Shown: one piece after another, positions 35,284-48,759 of the stretch | How the letters are laid out: the number at the start of each line of letters is the position of its first letter | How positions within the stretch are numbered: the stretch's first letter is position 1 | DNA from: Trichoplax adhaerens | Taxonomy: Eukaryota > Animalia > Placozoa | Direction of reading: 5' to 3' | Assembly (NCBI RefSeq): GCF_000150275.1 | Contig: NW_002060967.1 | Coordinates: 62,001 to 126,000 of the forward strand | DNA length: 64,000 nt | Program-made: the position numbers and the translations under genes | Notes under the pieces: model-generated | What the model saw: the letters and a program-made list of their open reading frames with translations, nothing else | Databases searched by the model: none | Told to the model about the DNA's origin: nothing

Positions 35284-38200
35284 CTAGCTTAAAACTCGAA
35301 TTCTGATAGCTAGAATGTCACCGGCCAAGTAATAACGAGAAGACAGTCGCGAAATGCTAACAAACTTAGCAAAACCATAACCTTGCGGACTTTTCCATTC
35401 TTTTGGACGTTGAAGGGCAGTAATGTTAGGTTGAGGTGATAATATATCGGTGATATTTCTTCGTTCACCGCGAACTGGATTTCGATCAAGAACAGAAATT
35501 TTAATTCGACGGTTAAACGGCCACTTCATTGCGTTATCGTATTCGCCTTGCATTAAATGAACGTAGACTGAAAGATAATTTCTACTACGATCATCAACAC
35601 CATCCAAATTAACTCTGACACACAGTTTATAACCAGGATTGCCTGTCGAGAATGCCTCGCTGTACATTGAGTCTCGTAAATTACACCTTGCATCGGATAA
35701 ACATGCATTAAAATTTCTTACTTCCCATATGAAGTCACCATTGGCTAAGGATAAACGATTAACTAAAGCTAAATTAGATTTTGTTTCGACTAATTCTTCT
35801 TGCAATCGTTCTATATCAATTTTCATTTCACGTAATTTGTATTGAAAGTATTTTTCCATTTGAGCATATTTCTGCTCTAAATGTTTGAAGTTAGCAAGTA
35901 CAGAAGACTCAGCACAAAGTCTTGATTCTTCTTTGGCTTCTTGGGCATCGTTATCTTCATTTGTTAAATGGACAGCTTGCATTTGTTGCTCAATATTAGC
36001 AGTAATATCCTTTGTCTACATTAGGAAAGAGATAAAATGAATGCGCAATGTTATCAGTTCATGACTATCATGATGCTTCTAATCTCGTTTTAGAAATGAC
36101 GGCTAATGGCATAATTTTAGTTCGTAATAATACCGGTAGCAATTGCTGCAATAATGAATTATAATTATGGAATATATGAAATAGCCAATCTACAACGTTT
36201 AATATCAGTAAAGTGATGCAACTCTAGTTCACTCTAAGATGCATTGATGACAGATATTGTCAGATAAGAAAGATCTACGTTGCCGTCAGCTACATTCGAT
36301 TTTTTTAGCATAGGAATTGATAAGTGCAATATACCTTTTCAAGAGGATTAAGTTGCACACTACGTTTGGCTTCTTCAGGACGACAATCTTTTATGTGTTT
36401 CTGTAAGATGATTAAAACTAAATTAGATGATGTTGGACTTTTAGCGATGAATCATAAAATATAGCCTGCTAAGTTACCAGGATAATAGCATATGGTTGAT
36501 AAATGCATAGAGAATTTTTAAAACGCGTTTATACCTCTAATTCCCTTAGAGGACCTGTCCAACGACAACCTAGACGGCGATTTCGACAATAAATATCCAA
36601 ATTTAAAACTTCACGTTTAGCTGCATTATCAACCGATAGCTCATTAATGGCGATTGGCTGACAGTTATTTGGGCAATGTTTACCGCCTCGCCTATATACA
36701 CGCACAAGGAATAAATAAAAGGATCAGATGCATTTTAATTCATTAGGATTATATTAATTCTTATTGATAATAACAGCAATAAATCATAATTTGCTACTAA
36801 TGCTTTTCTATCGTGCTACAGTCACAATTGACAAATAAGTTGAACATGCAGTATTTCATGTGTTAAAGTAAAAGTATTATGAGTAAATAATTCTATTCAC
36901 GAATCTTAATTCATCGATTCGAACTTTATTTGTCTTTATGTAATCGTGCATATGGATTGACGTCGTATTTGTTTTTTCCATTTTTTAATACATGATTATG
37001 TTTACAGTAATATTACTGTTAACCAGATCAAGTACTGTCCTGTTCAAAAACTGCTAGTCAATAATTACTGTGCACAAGAAAAGAAAACTCTCCAGCTTCC
37101 TCTGTGTGCCTAATGCACGATTAGATATACTCGTATTCAATCTTATCAATGTATTTTCTGCCTTACCTAATATAAACTTCGATACACTCCTTACAAAATC
37201 GATGTCCACATCTAGTCTGGACTGGATCTTTCAGAGCACAACAGCATATTGCGCATTCATATTTACTCAGATTATCGCCAACAAAGCTAACTTCGTAGCC
37301 TTTAGGTAGCTCCATCCTTAGATTTTGCATATTGCGTTGTAGCACTAATTAAGCGTTGAAAATTATTTCAAACTCCAACATCGACAGCCCATTTATACCT
37401 GTATACAGATATCGAGTAAATGAGCTAGTATCAATAAACAAATATAGAATCTGATGCATCTTGTACTTAAATAACGCCATACTTAGCGGCAATTACTTTA
37501 TTAGTACAGTACTATATTTAGAACTGTAAGGTTAGGGGGTGAACTAGGGGAATAGTACAGCGTAGAGTATGTTATGGGTAATAAAAAATAAATATTAATA
37601 GATAGCTATGTTAGGACCTATGGGGACGGACCATAGTGGTTTGGACTTGTAAGTGTTAGGAGCCTTACTGTAGATTCTGTAAGCAGCCCTATCGTCGATG
37701 GTGTAAAAGCAAGAGAGAGTTAGGGATGTGTTTCGGAGGGTTTGTACACTACTGCACTACACACTGTATACCAGTGATTAGAAATATTATATTGCATTAC
37801 AACCATTAATAAATTCCCCACTCTTTTACGGGGAAAGGAGGGCATGATCGTGAGATATACTACTACCTATTCTATTAATGATCTACTGCATATTATGTAT
37901 GATGTGGTCAAATCCTCAAAGTTAAAAAATGCTCGAAAAAATGTCGAAATCTTGCAAATTTATTCTATTTATTGATCATCGTATGCAATGGAAAAAGGCG
38001 AATTGAGCAATGTAAGTTTCCATTAGTAAAGCAGCTACACCGAAATAATATTCTAACTATTTCGCTGTCACATCTAGTACAGTCGTGCATTGATCCTAAT
38101 TTGTAAAGTAGCTACGCCAAAATAATATTCAAGGTATTTCGATGTCCTATATAGAACAATCGTGCATCGATCTTAGAGTATAATTTGACTGATAAGGCGA

Positions 38201-40092
38201 TTGATGAATTTTACTCATTTTGTTACGACTCAATATCTCCATTTATTACCGTAACGCAGATATTAAAGATGAAAGTCATAGCATTAGAAGTAACCATTTT
38301 CACCGTATGACAGGTCTATCAAATGGTAATACTATCTGTTAAATGAGCACATTATCGTAAACCGTCAGCAAAGCGACGGGAGTTTGCACTAGTATACATA
38401 AATTAAGGGCAGTAATTTCGTGACGCAAAACATATTCTAGGTAACCTTTTCCACTGTCTATGATGACATAAATAAGGGCAGCAATTTCGCAAGATTGAAA
38501 CAATCTTTGGGGGATTGTCATTATTTAAGGAAGTTTTTCTCACTTTGTATGATGTTAAGGGAAGTAAAGGTAAGAATTTCGTAAAATTAAAGCATTACTT
38601 TCAGTATTGTCATTGCTCAAATCAGCATTTTTGGTTCTGTATGTCATGGCATAAATAAGGGTAATCAACTCATACGATTGAATCTATAGCATTTCGGGAA
38701 TTGCCCAACTTGCGGACTCGTCTCGAACTGTTTGCTTCTTCGTATACTGAACTACTGTAGAGTAATATAAAGCACAGTATGCGATACTATGCAGTGCATA
38801 GTAGTATTTTGCAACATCCTTCTCATTCACTCTGAAATCCGATTGAAGACATTCGTTAATATCTCGCCATAGACGGGAAAGCAACCTAGAATATTCAGGT
38901 TGACAGTTTCATCACTTCTTACTTGCTTACTTCATCTTTCAACTGAATACATTGTAAATTTGATGAAAACAACGGTACAACACTACCTAGTGGATTCTTA
39001 GTTCAACGGTCATTATTAATTGGACCTAATACGGTGACCAGCCAGCCAAACACCGAAAGAGGTACAAAGTTCTCGTCAAACCTCCTCCGAAACCGGGCAT
39101 CGTAAAGTACACGAATTGATGTAGGTTCAATGCACATTTACTTTATAGTGTATACCCATACTACTGTCTATATTGAACAAGATTTACATGTTGTAAAATA
39201 CGATAATAAATATATTCGATTCAATATGATAAATTGGCTCCATTATGTTTGTACGTTTAGGAAAATCGAATATGAGAACTGTACAGTACTAAATAAAAAA
39301 AAACATCGCACAGTTTAGGGTAATTAAGCCGTGATTAAACTTGCTATATTTATATTTGTGAATGAGTAATCGAAAATTGAAAATGAATGTTAAACGATCG
39401 CTGAGAGTAGCGTAATGACATCAAAATTTATTTGTATTGAATGACGCCGATATTAAGTCAATGTTGTACTGCTACGGTAGAACTTTAAGTAAACGGTAAA
39501 CTTAAAAGTGTAAAATGAATTATTTGGTGGGGATTCCTTTACTATGTTGTAAAACTTGATATGAGCCAAGAAAGATTTTATAGCGATGTCCTATTAACTA
39601 GGCAGTACACCCGCAAAGCAATTACCCCAACACTGTTTCCCCGTCAGGCTTAACCTGGCTTGGGATACGCATCCAATTGTTGGGATGTTTATAATTAATT
39701 ATAGCTATATATTATATTAACTATTGTTTAATTAACGTATACATGGACAGTACAGTATATACGTATGCATCTAACAATAATTGAAATTTTTGCATATGCC
39801 ACTTTAAATCTCTTATTTTTTGAACGTGCAGATGATCTCAACTTGAGTTGGACATCGTGTACATTGGCTGGCCAGGGGAGCACAGTGGATACCTAAATCG
39901 CAAAACTTAATTTAACGAAGGTCATACGATGTAATAATATTCGGTCAATGAGTAGTCCATATACTTAGTTCTATTGCCCTGGAGATAAAATAAATCAAAT
40001 TGATAATTTGCTTTGTGCCTACGTCTACAAACTCCTGTATAGCTCTCGTATCGTGGCCGGAAATCGTCAATGATGCAGGTTGAATCGGGCAT
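35284..40092 (-). CDS. TRAF6: TRAF6-like E3 ligase: RING + one TRAF zinc finger + coiled coil + MATH
   Basis: RING KYECAICCCALKDPVQTRCGHRFCKECI...CPNNC, then DNAAKREVLNL and ZnF YCRNRRLGCRWTGPLRELEKHIKDC. MATH domain GDFIWEVRNF, PGYKLCVR, SVYVHLMQGEYD..KWPF, LQRPKEWKSPQGYGF. The putative first coding exon 40092-40023 (MPDSTC...GVCR C|gtaggc) is in phase with the exon at ~37344; this exon is less certain, and an ATG in the 37163-37345 exon is an alternative start. Confidence 0.85.
37882..38392 (+). mobile_element. Non-autonomous Helitron-like element in the TRAF6 intron
   Basis: The 3' end CCGTCagcaaagcGACGG...CTAG|T at 38362-38393 matches the element at 23383. There is an internal diverged ~77-bp tandem duplication (38026, 38103). 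The 5' boundary (A|TCTACT at 37882) is tentative. Confidence 0.55.
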
Positions 40093-40095
40093 CGT

Positions 40096-40257
40096 CTACC
40101 ATTTCTCGCATACTGTATACGCGACGAACATTTTATGGAAATCAATTTTTAAATCTCTTGCTAGGCCTTGTCTTAGTCGTTTGCTAACAGAGATAATAAA
40201 TAACTTTTCTTCAACTCTACTTTTGCTGCTTCCTACCAAATCCATCACAGGTGCCAT
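40096..40257 (-). other. 53-codon upstream ORF in frame with the putative TRAF6 start
   Basis: ATG at 40257 encodes MAPVMDLVGSSKSRVEEKLFIISVSKRLRQGLARDLKIDFHKMFVAYTVCEKW, ending TGG TAG ACG ATG. A splice acceptor (ttttcctag|) lies 9 nt upstream of its ATG. Confidence 0.45.
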
Positions 40258-40429
40258 CAGTAGCACCTAGGAAAATTAAATTAAAATTCAATATCCGTAA
40301 GAGACTTCTGCAATTCAGGAATTTGCCAATTTTTAGACACAAATTATCTCGTTGCTATGGCTATTGAAAGTCGATGAAGTGCTTTGGTACAATAAGAACA
40401 AACGATCGCACTGTACGACATCATGAAAC

Positions 40430-40700
40430 TTCAACCACGCTGTAGTGACACAAATTAGATGACGTCTCTCTGTTATGACGTGTGTTGACGAGCTTCACGT
40501 CAACGAAATCATCCGCTGCGCTTCACTCGACTGCCATTTTCCTTGGATCAATATTGCGGCTACACCAACCGGACGTTTGACACAGGACTAATGACACGCA
40601 GTACACGTGTAGTGAGTTGACCAATCCAATGTACAAGACCTGCAGACTGTGCAGAGTATGAAATGCGTCCATTTGATATCAATGCGCGCCAATGATGACT
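40430..40700. promoter_or_regulatory. Bidirectional promoter between TRAF6-like and FBXO47-like genes
   Basis: Short divergent intergenic region with four TGACG half-sites within 40460-40502 and tandem CCAAT at 40621-40630. Confidence 0.45.
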
Positions 40701-40836
40701 TGCTTCATTTCTTTGGAAGCCACAGGACAAGGGCATAGCGTCCCTTCAGCACAATTTGGACCGCAGTAAGAATTAAATCATTTCCGTCCGCTTATTGATG
40801 CTCTGAAAGAGTTCTACTTCATTGACGAAAGACACA

Positions 40837-43800
40837 ATGACAAAGAGAAAATATCCAATGCGTAAGAATGCAAGGAAATTAAAACGCCCTTTGGAAGGAC
40901 CAAGTGATTCCATTTCTACAACATGCCTATCTCGATATCGCAAAGAGACAAATAGTTTCTCTTTTCCAATTTGTAGCCAAAGAAGTGAGATTTACCTCTT
41001 TGAGCGTCTGCCCTTGGAAATACTTCACTATATCTTGGATTTTTTAACTGTCGATGACTTACAAACTTTCGCCTCGGCGTCCAATCCATTCGACATATGG
41101 ACTTTAGGTTATTTGAAGCGTACAACTGTCATTAAGAAGATATTTAACCTTTCATTGCTAAAATGTACAACTGAAGACAAGCAAAAAATCACTGTCAACT
41201 GCACTGCAATAACTCGATTACGATCCAGATTTAAAATGCAAACCAAACTAAATACACTTTATGATGCTTTAGGTAAGTTTAAAAGTCCAATACGAATGAT
41301 TTACAAGTTTCATATCTCTATTTTATTCAATGAATACTAGTAATCAAATTTGAGGACTACTGCATCCTGCTCTAAGATATCGTCATTTAGTACATTCATT
41401 GCAAATCATTGCAGAAAATGAAAATACCATAGGTTACGAAGAGTTCATGCTACAATACTTGTAGCGTCAAGTGCAATACAGTCTCACCTGACGTATTCAA
41501 GTTGCCCTAACCTTCGCTAGTGTCAAACTCTTCATTGTCGCAAACCCCTTATACGACGCATTCGTTTTTACTCAATCAGTTATTGTTACATTGAAGCAAT
41601 TAAGAGATGAAAGTCTATTTTAAACCAATTATAACCAAATCATTCCCACCAGTCTTGCAATATCACAATCTTCATAATAATTATAACTTGAACAATACTT
41701 CAAATTGGATACCGATGTTACTGTTTTAGTGATTTAATACCATTGGAGTAACATGAAACAAACGCTTGTGTATTTTGAAAGGATTATTATGCTGTACTCT
41801 ACCTCTCCAATCTGGCGTTCTGTATAATTTACGATTGATTGAGGTTATTGTATCAAATCATTACTAGTTTACTACTGCCAACAAAAGACACCGTAATCAA
41901 TTTACCCACTCTATACGCGTATCTGTCTGCCATTGAAAAGTTTCCACATGTGTCCATTCACAGATAATAAAATTACTCTATACAGTGAATCTGTCGTGAA
42001 ATTTTAACTTCAATTTTGAGAATATTTCTTCTTAAAATTTTGATAATAGCTACAAGTTCTTACAGTTACTAAATTACACAAATTTCGATCTGTAATCTAA
42101 AACTCGTTGATTAAATTTGTCAAGAATTATTTACTTCTTGCCAACCCTCCAATAACAGTCGAGAAATACTGCATTTCCCTGTATGTATTACTTCATTATA
42201 TTATTTGATATCGAAGTATTTTTGATTCGTGTAGTTATGCTATATACAATAATTTGCAGTTAGATAAATACAGTATAAAATTTAAGTTTTACACCGTAAC
42301 AGCACAAATTTTTCTTCAACATTGTTTCATTAATCAATTATTACCGTGAAATTTATTTTACATCAAAATTTGTGTCCCAAAATAATTTAATAGGTAAAAC
42401 TTGGGCAGTAGCTTCTTCCAATTTTCAACAGAAGGAAAGATATAAGTTGCTAGCCTACGTACTGAAAATACTTGTAAGGCATAAATTGCTTTAAACAGCT
42501 ATACATAGTCGTATACGTAGAATTTTTTCAATTGCAATCAAAACAAAATCTATAGTTGTACTATCTTGAAGCGCAGTATAACTATTAGAGAGCGTAAATT
42601 AATCGAAAAAATGCGTAATACAGTACTAGAATCATCAACTAATTTTATTGATGTTATGATAACGATTAAACGAGCATTATCATTAATCCTAATGTAATAA
42701 CATATTCCAGGTGATGCTGTAGATATACGATAGTAATATAACTGTCTAAATATTCCATGCTGGTTTATAATGGTATACTATGGTCTCTTATTTGAGTTTA
42801 TAACAACAGTACTTCGTCTGCCTACCTATTACTTTTATTACTACTACCATACTACCACAGCCCTATTATTATATTGTAGGTTTCCACCTTTACGGAAATA
42901 CTTTGCCATTATGCAAGTGATCACAATTGCTTCTTTTACATCGCCTGTGCAAAGTTTATTGATAAATTTACATCAATGTGGCCACAGGAAGATAAACTGA
43001 GTGCATATGAGTACATTCTCGAATACGACTACTTCCATAACAAGATTAAATCGACACTTTTTAATCTGAAATTTCCTGTTGCCATTAAAAATGAGAATCA
43101 TGAAATCTTTCATATAAGGCATTTCTTTCGCGATATTTTCCTTGATCGGTACCGAAATATTGAGCGAGGAATACGTTTATCAATTGCTCTGAAACCGTGG
43201 CCAATTTTTATTCAAGCTCGTTTGATATATATGTTATATGCTTCACCAATCTTATTAAAAGGTAAATTCTACAAATAAGAACCGATGATTTATGACGTGC
43301 CGGTAGTATTCAATATTATCGTCATATTTAACTATATATTGATTAAACTTGTCCCCTTGATGTCAGTATATAAATTCGGACGCTGATAAAGCGTGTATAA
43401 TAGTAAAGATAAATTTAACCATAATATACTCTCGAGTAAATTTCCCTAGATATTGGCCATATTTCTTCAGAATGGCAAATCCAAACGGATGAAGCCGTGG
43501 CATTTGGTGAAGTATTCAAATGTCTGAAGCTAACGGCTGACGATGATAATCATAAATTTAAAGATGACGACTGGATTAGTATATTATGGGACCTTCGTGA
43601 AGCAGGTTAACTTAAGTTTCATGCCATCAATGTTGAAAGTTTATGACTTTTCGACACTAAAATATCCAGTTATAGTATGTGCGCTGATATATCCTCTATT
43701 ACATGGTATAACTGTATTTCTGAATTAATGCTTTATCATATAGCTTCGGAAGTATGGCTTGAAAATTATTTGCCACTAATATTGTTGTATGGTGGTGAGC

Positions 43801-44340
43801 AAGTATATACTACATACTTAACAACAAAACTGTCATGTGGCCGATTAGAGGAAGTGTGCGGTTTGGTTATTTCGCTGATAATTATATTGTGGGAAAATGT
43901 AGCACCAGAAAGATGTTGTAGAACCTGGTATTTTATAGATACTAATGTTACTAAAATTGAATTAGTCTGAATCGATGCAATACTGAAATGATTGTGCAAT
44001 TATTTGATATAGGCTATTAAAATTACTGAAGAAAATTGAGCAAGAATTGCCTGACAAGTATAAGCTATTTATTAGAGCATTATTTCGTTATTTTCGACAT
44101 GAGATCGCCATCAATGCGTTCCCTGTAAATGACTGGAATAAAGGTTAAGTGTACTTAATAGACTATCGTTTTTATAAAATTTCAATAAATTAAAATTGAA
44201 TTAATTTTGAAATACAACTTTTAAAACTATTGGTTATTGTTTGAATATGTCATTATTTAGGTTTTGGTGAGCGATATAAAGCACATTACGGTTTAATATC
44301 CTGCCTTACAGATTTATTGCAAGAGTTGCTTACACGGTGA
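40837..44340 (+). CDS. FBXO47: F-box only protein 47-like, multi-exon
   Basis: F-box FERLPLEILHYILDFLTVDDL. C-terminal motifs FFRDIFLD...LSIALKPWPIFIQARLIYMLY and WLENYLPLILLYGG match my recollection of FBXO47 (ILKPWPMVNQARLLY; WLLEN). Phase-consistent exons at ~42393, ~42880, ~43450, ~43744, ~44013 and ~44261. Stop at 44338-44340. Confidence 0.8.
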
Positions 44341-44989
44341 CTATATTAATATGAATGGACATAAACTTAAGTTGTTTTTAGTAGTATTCGCCTATTGCAA
44401 ATTTCTCAATGTCGTTATATAGTCTTTCATTTTGGCATTGAGTATTTACAGTGTCGATAATATTTCTCGCTACTGTACATTATTTGCCAATTTCTTTTAT
44501 TTCAATAATTTGTACGCATATACTAATAAGCTGACTTTGTATTTTCTTACATATCAAAGCTACAGCTAAGCTGTAATGCAATCAGTTATTCCTCGACTAA
44601 AGTTGTTATCACACTTATCAAGGTTATCAATTTCATTTAATTAATTACAGCAAATGTTCTATGTCATAAACAGTTGTAGTGCCGCATTGATATACTTATT
44701 GTTTACCTTCCTGTCTGAAAATTACAATTATACATTAGCAAATTAACCGGTACAGTGTCGGAAATTAAGAGCTTATTTATATTTATCAAAACGATGTTCA
44801 AGGAACGTCCAATAAATCGAAGTATATTAATACTGCACAGTTCTAATCTTAAAATATTGTTAATAGCTAACAATATATGATGTCGTTACCTTGTATAGTA
44901 AAGTAAGCCATTTTAAAATAAATAGCCACAGTTCAATATACGTCATGAATAAAATGATACAAAAAAATATACAGTAATGAATAAAACGG

Positions 44990-47022
44990 CTATTCATACT
45001 CTTCAAAATTAGTATGACCAGTAAGCTTTGTATGTTGTTGAGCATCGTATACGCCAGTTAATTGCTTATAACAGTAGGAACACCTTAAGGCGTAATTGCC
45101 AGCATACGTGTTTTGACGATTCTAAAAATTGAGAAATTACAGCAATTGTCATATTGTTTAGATTAGTTGCAATGTTAACTTAAAAAGTAACTTGAGTATA
45201 GTAATTCTAATAGAAAATAAGATGATGTAATAAGAAAAGATTAATTCTACTTCCGCTTTACCAATTTGACTTCGTTGGCTAATTCCAGTGCTAATGGTAT
45301 CAGATTGTCGTCGTTTGTTGAAAATTTTTGTTTTGCCGAGGTATTAGGATTGGCCATGTCAACAAGCTCAAGTGAATCATAGTGTGAACCGTCATAAATT
45401 AGGAAAATTCGATGCTGGTAATTTTTGTCTTCTCCTGCATACGAAAATAAAAAGCAGCATGATGCAAACTATGACTTCACTGCCCTAATACATACATACA
45501 TAGATATAAGTTTATGATTTTATTTAGCTATTAAGAAAGAAGTTATGCTTTACGAAAAGTCATAAAAGAAGTATATTACATACCGAATCTATCGATCCTG
45601 ATATTAACGGTATCTACTACGCATATTTCTACTTGGAAATGCTCGCTTAATATCGCAATCTCAATTCCTCCTCCCCATGATGTTGAGAGCATAATCCATC
45701 TGGAATACTCGGAGGGTTCTACACCGAGAAATGCTTCCGTGTAAAGCTTGGGATAGCGTTGTACAACTTCGGAAATTAGTGAGCGTAATTCTTCGACTGT
45801 CTGCAGGTTACTTGTTAATAAATAGCTAATGATTTAAGAGGTATCAATTTATACCGAATTAAAATTGCAAGATATATAACAAGAAAATATTAATACACAT
45901 GATAAAGCGATGATCTGTACATATTATCGTCACTAAGAATTATATTTTATAGATAGCCATCTGAGATGCATGCAATCGTATAGCAAAACTAGAAGCAAAG
46001 TCAAGTTAGCTGTACCTGATACTGCTAAAGAGGCACGAATTATCTGCAGGAACTTGCCTTATCAAGATATAACGAGGAATGATGTTAACATTTCTTCCTT
46101 ATTATTGCATTAACTTAGTACTCAGTATACTCCTACTTCAAATTATGAACTATATTAATAAACTATATCTGACTGAAAACACTAAAGATAGTATCAAGTA
46201 ATAGAGCATAACAGAAAAGTGCTACATACGTATGCGTTTTACTGTAACCCAGTTTCAAAAAGAAAATTGCAAGTCTACCTTCTTTGAAATATCCATAAGG
46301 GTATTTCACTTTTTTGTAAATTGCATTGATCCTCTTTGGCGTCGCTTATCCCTATACTCTGACTATAACTAGGAGGCTTCTTACTTTGATCGGTAGAATT
46401 TTCATTTCTTGGTGGAGTTGTATTTTGTTGGAATTCAATATATATCCTATCACCACTGGAGATGGGTAACGTCTTGAGTAATTGCTCAGGTCTTGATAGG
46501 TCTAATTGCTCTCTAGGATACCCATAAAGAACTGTAACCCAGGATTGCGTTGCGCAACATTCATTTTGATAAAAATATCCAATTAAAATGTTGAAATATT
46601 TAATTGATTTCGTTTTGAAATGTATCAATATAAACTATCATTTTAGGATGTATGTGATCGGGTATTCTAATGACTTATGTCCTGATCGTTCTAATTTAAT
46701 ATGTGATAATAATATAATATAATTCATAACATGAATAATACCATACTTTTTTGATCCTGGGCCATTATTCCTGTTATTTTATAGATGTGATTACATAAAT
46801 CGGCCACAGTATTATTGTCCCGTAAAGTGTTAATATTGTGTGATCCACCTTTGGACAAGCACCTAAGCCTCTGTACATGCATGTACACGAATCAATCAAT
46901 TTGAGTTGAAAGATCTTTATTGACATCAATATATTCCTATACAACTTGAAAGCCTGTTTACAGGTCATGCATGACCAGTGTTTTGTAGGCATAACGTCTT
47001 TTATTTACTCAACACTGGCCAT
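44990..47022 (-). CDS. YOD1: OTU1/YOD1 deubiquitinase (UBX-like + OTU + C2H2 zinc finger), multi-exon
   Basis: LRCLSKGGSH...ITGI, VLYGYPREQLDLS...LPISSGD, catalytic VPADNSCLF, YTEAFLG, SWGGGIEIAILS, RIDRFGEDKNY, LIYDGSHYD and zinc finger LRCSYCYKQLTG...QQHTKLTGHTNFEE. Stop at 44990-44992. The short first exon (MASV, ATG at 47022) is tentative. Confidence 0.92.
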
Positions 47023-48239
47023 GACGTCGCTATTAGTAAGTAAAAAGTAGAAACATGCTAAAGAGACCACTGTCAATGATATATAAATCAATTATGTATC
47101 AATGCAATCTAAGTTAATTTTGTAGTTCAAAGATGATGCGAAGGTCTTTAAAAGTGCAGTAGTTACGGCATAAACTATGCAGGTTGTATTTAAGGCGCAA
47201 CTCTAAAGTTAGGTTTAGAAGAGTATCTCTATTGATTATGCTTCATTCTTTCAATTTAGAAGTCCCTGCAAATGCTCGTCAGATTTATTTCAGCATGAGG
47301 GCAATAGTGCAACAGGTTTGTTATGCTACTGTATTATACACAGTAGCAACGTTAGCTATTTGGTATGCAGGCAGTTTATTTTTGGTATAAAAAGAAGTAT
47401 TGAGCAGTAAACGTTTGAATATACTAGAGTAACATATTGATTAGTAAGTTACAATAATGTATACAGGCAAATTAGAGCACGAGTATTACTATCTGACAGT
47501 AAATTTGAAATTAGAGTGAGCCAATAGCATTCATTTTATCTAAATTAGGTTTACTATTGAAAAGACTATCATACCTAAGCACAACTATGCTAATAGTTTT
47601 ACGGTTTGTTGGCGACAGCATCGACTTAGCAGCAACACGGATTTGCGTAATAGCTGTGTTTATGTTGTTTCTAACAATTTTAATAATACGAATATACGCG
47701 ACTAGACTCAATTCAGTTTTGTTGTACTGCATGATGGTTGAGTTATTGATAATGTGGTGGTCTACTTCAACTAGTAACCACTAACTGAGCACGTCATACT
47801 ATCATCTTTAATTAGGAACTTTGGTTGAAAACTTACAAAAAGTGCCATAGTCTTGTGGAGATGAGGATTATGGGAGAGCACTATTGGAATATTGGCAACG
47901 ACTTGAGTGAATTAATTGACTTGCGTTCAAAGTATTCTTGGCATCGTTTGTCTTCCTACATGAAATACGTGTTGGTACTTGTCGGTTAAGGATACGCACT
48001 TGGTAAAGTTAGTAGGTACAGCAAAGTCGATAGACTTTGAAGTTGCTACTTTCGACAACTAGTTTTATCTGAGCTTTGAAAAGAGTTTACTGGTAGAAGT
48101 CATTCAAACATGATTTATATTGGATAATGATCAACTGCTTTGTCTATTATTGTGTGCCTCCAATTCTTGATAGTACTGTACAGCACAGTATACCATGGAC
48201 AATGGATATCCGATAGCTTATCTTGCCGTTCCATTTTTA

Positions 48240-48650
48240 CCATACTGTAGTACTGCTACTACTTAACAGCTTGAGTTATTACTCTACTGTACTGTACAGT
48301 ACAGTACTGCAGTACGATACAGTACAACTTTACAGTGTACAGTGTACAGTACAGTACTGTACAGTGTACAGTATAGTCTCACTACAGTACAGTACAGTGT
48401 ACTGTACATTGTACAAGTGTACTGTACTGTACAGTAGTGTTCAGTACTGTACTGTAGTACTGTACTGTATGGTCATACTACTGTACAGTACATTGTACAA
48501 GTGTACTGTACAGTACTGTACTGTACTGTACTGCGTACAGTGTACAGTGTACAGTATGGTCCCACTACAGTACAGTACATTGTAAAAGTGTACTGTACAG
48601 TGTACAGTATGGTCACAGTACAGTGCAGTACTGTACAGTACTGTACTGAG
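48240..48650. repeat. Low-complexity CAGTA/TACTG/TGTACA simple-repeat mosaic (further tract at ~49090-49260)
   Basis: Dense degenerate short repeats mixing both orientations. They generate the spurious Y/S/T/V/C-rich ORFs. Confidence 0.9.
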
Positions 48651-48759
48651 TGTGTTTATTTGTTTGCAGAATCTTGTTCATCAATTAAGGTTAAGCAGAC
48701 TATATTAAGTAGGATTTGGGCAATCTGAAAACAAAATAAACACACCGTACAGTGAGTAC

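Noticed and set aside
37400-40800. RAG/Transib remnant next to TRAF6, as in jawed vertebrates
   Set aside because: No transposase-like ORF or RSS-like inverted termini were seen.
47985-47995. GTATCCTTAAC on the minus strand, resembling a U12 donor/branch consensus
   Set aside because: No convincing flanking exons or gene could be built, so it is treated as a chance match.
48223-48728. Cys/Tyr/Val-rich ORFs
   Set aside because: They are translations of the CAGTA/TACTG simple repeat.
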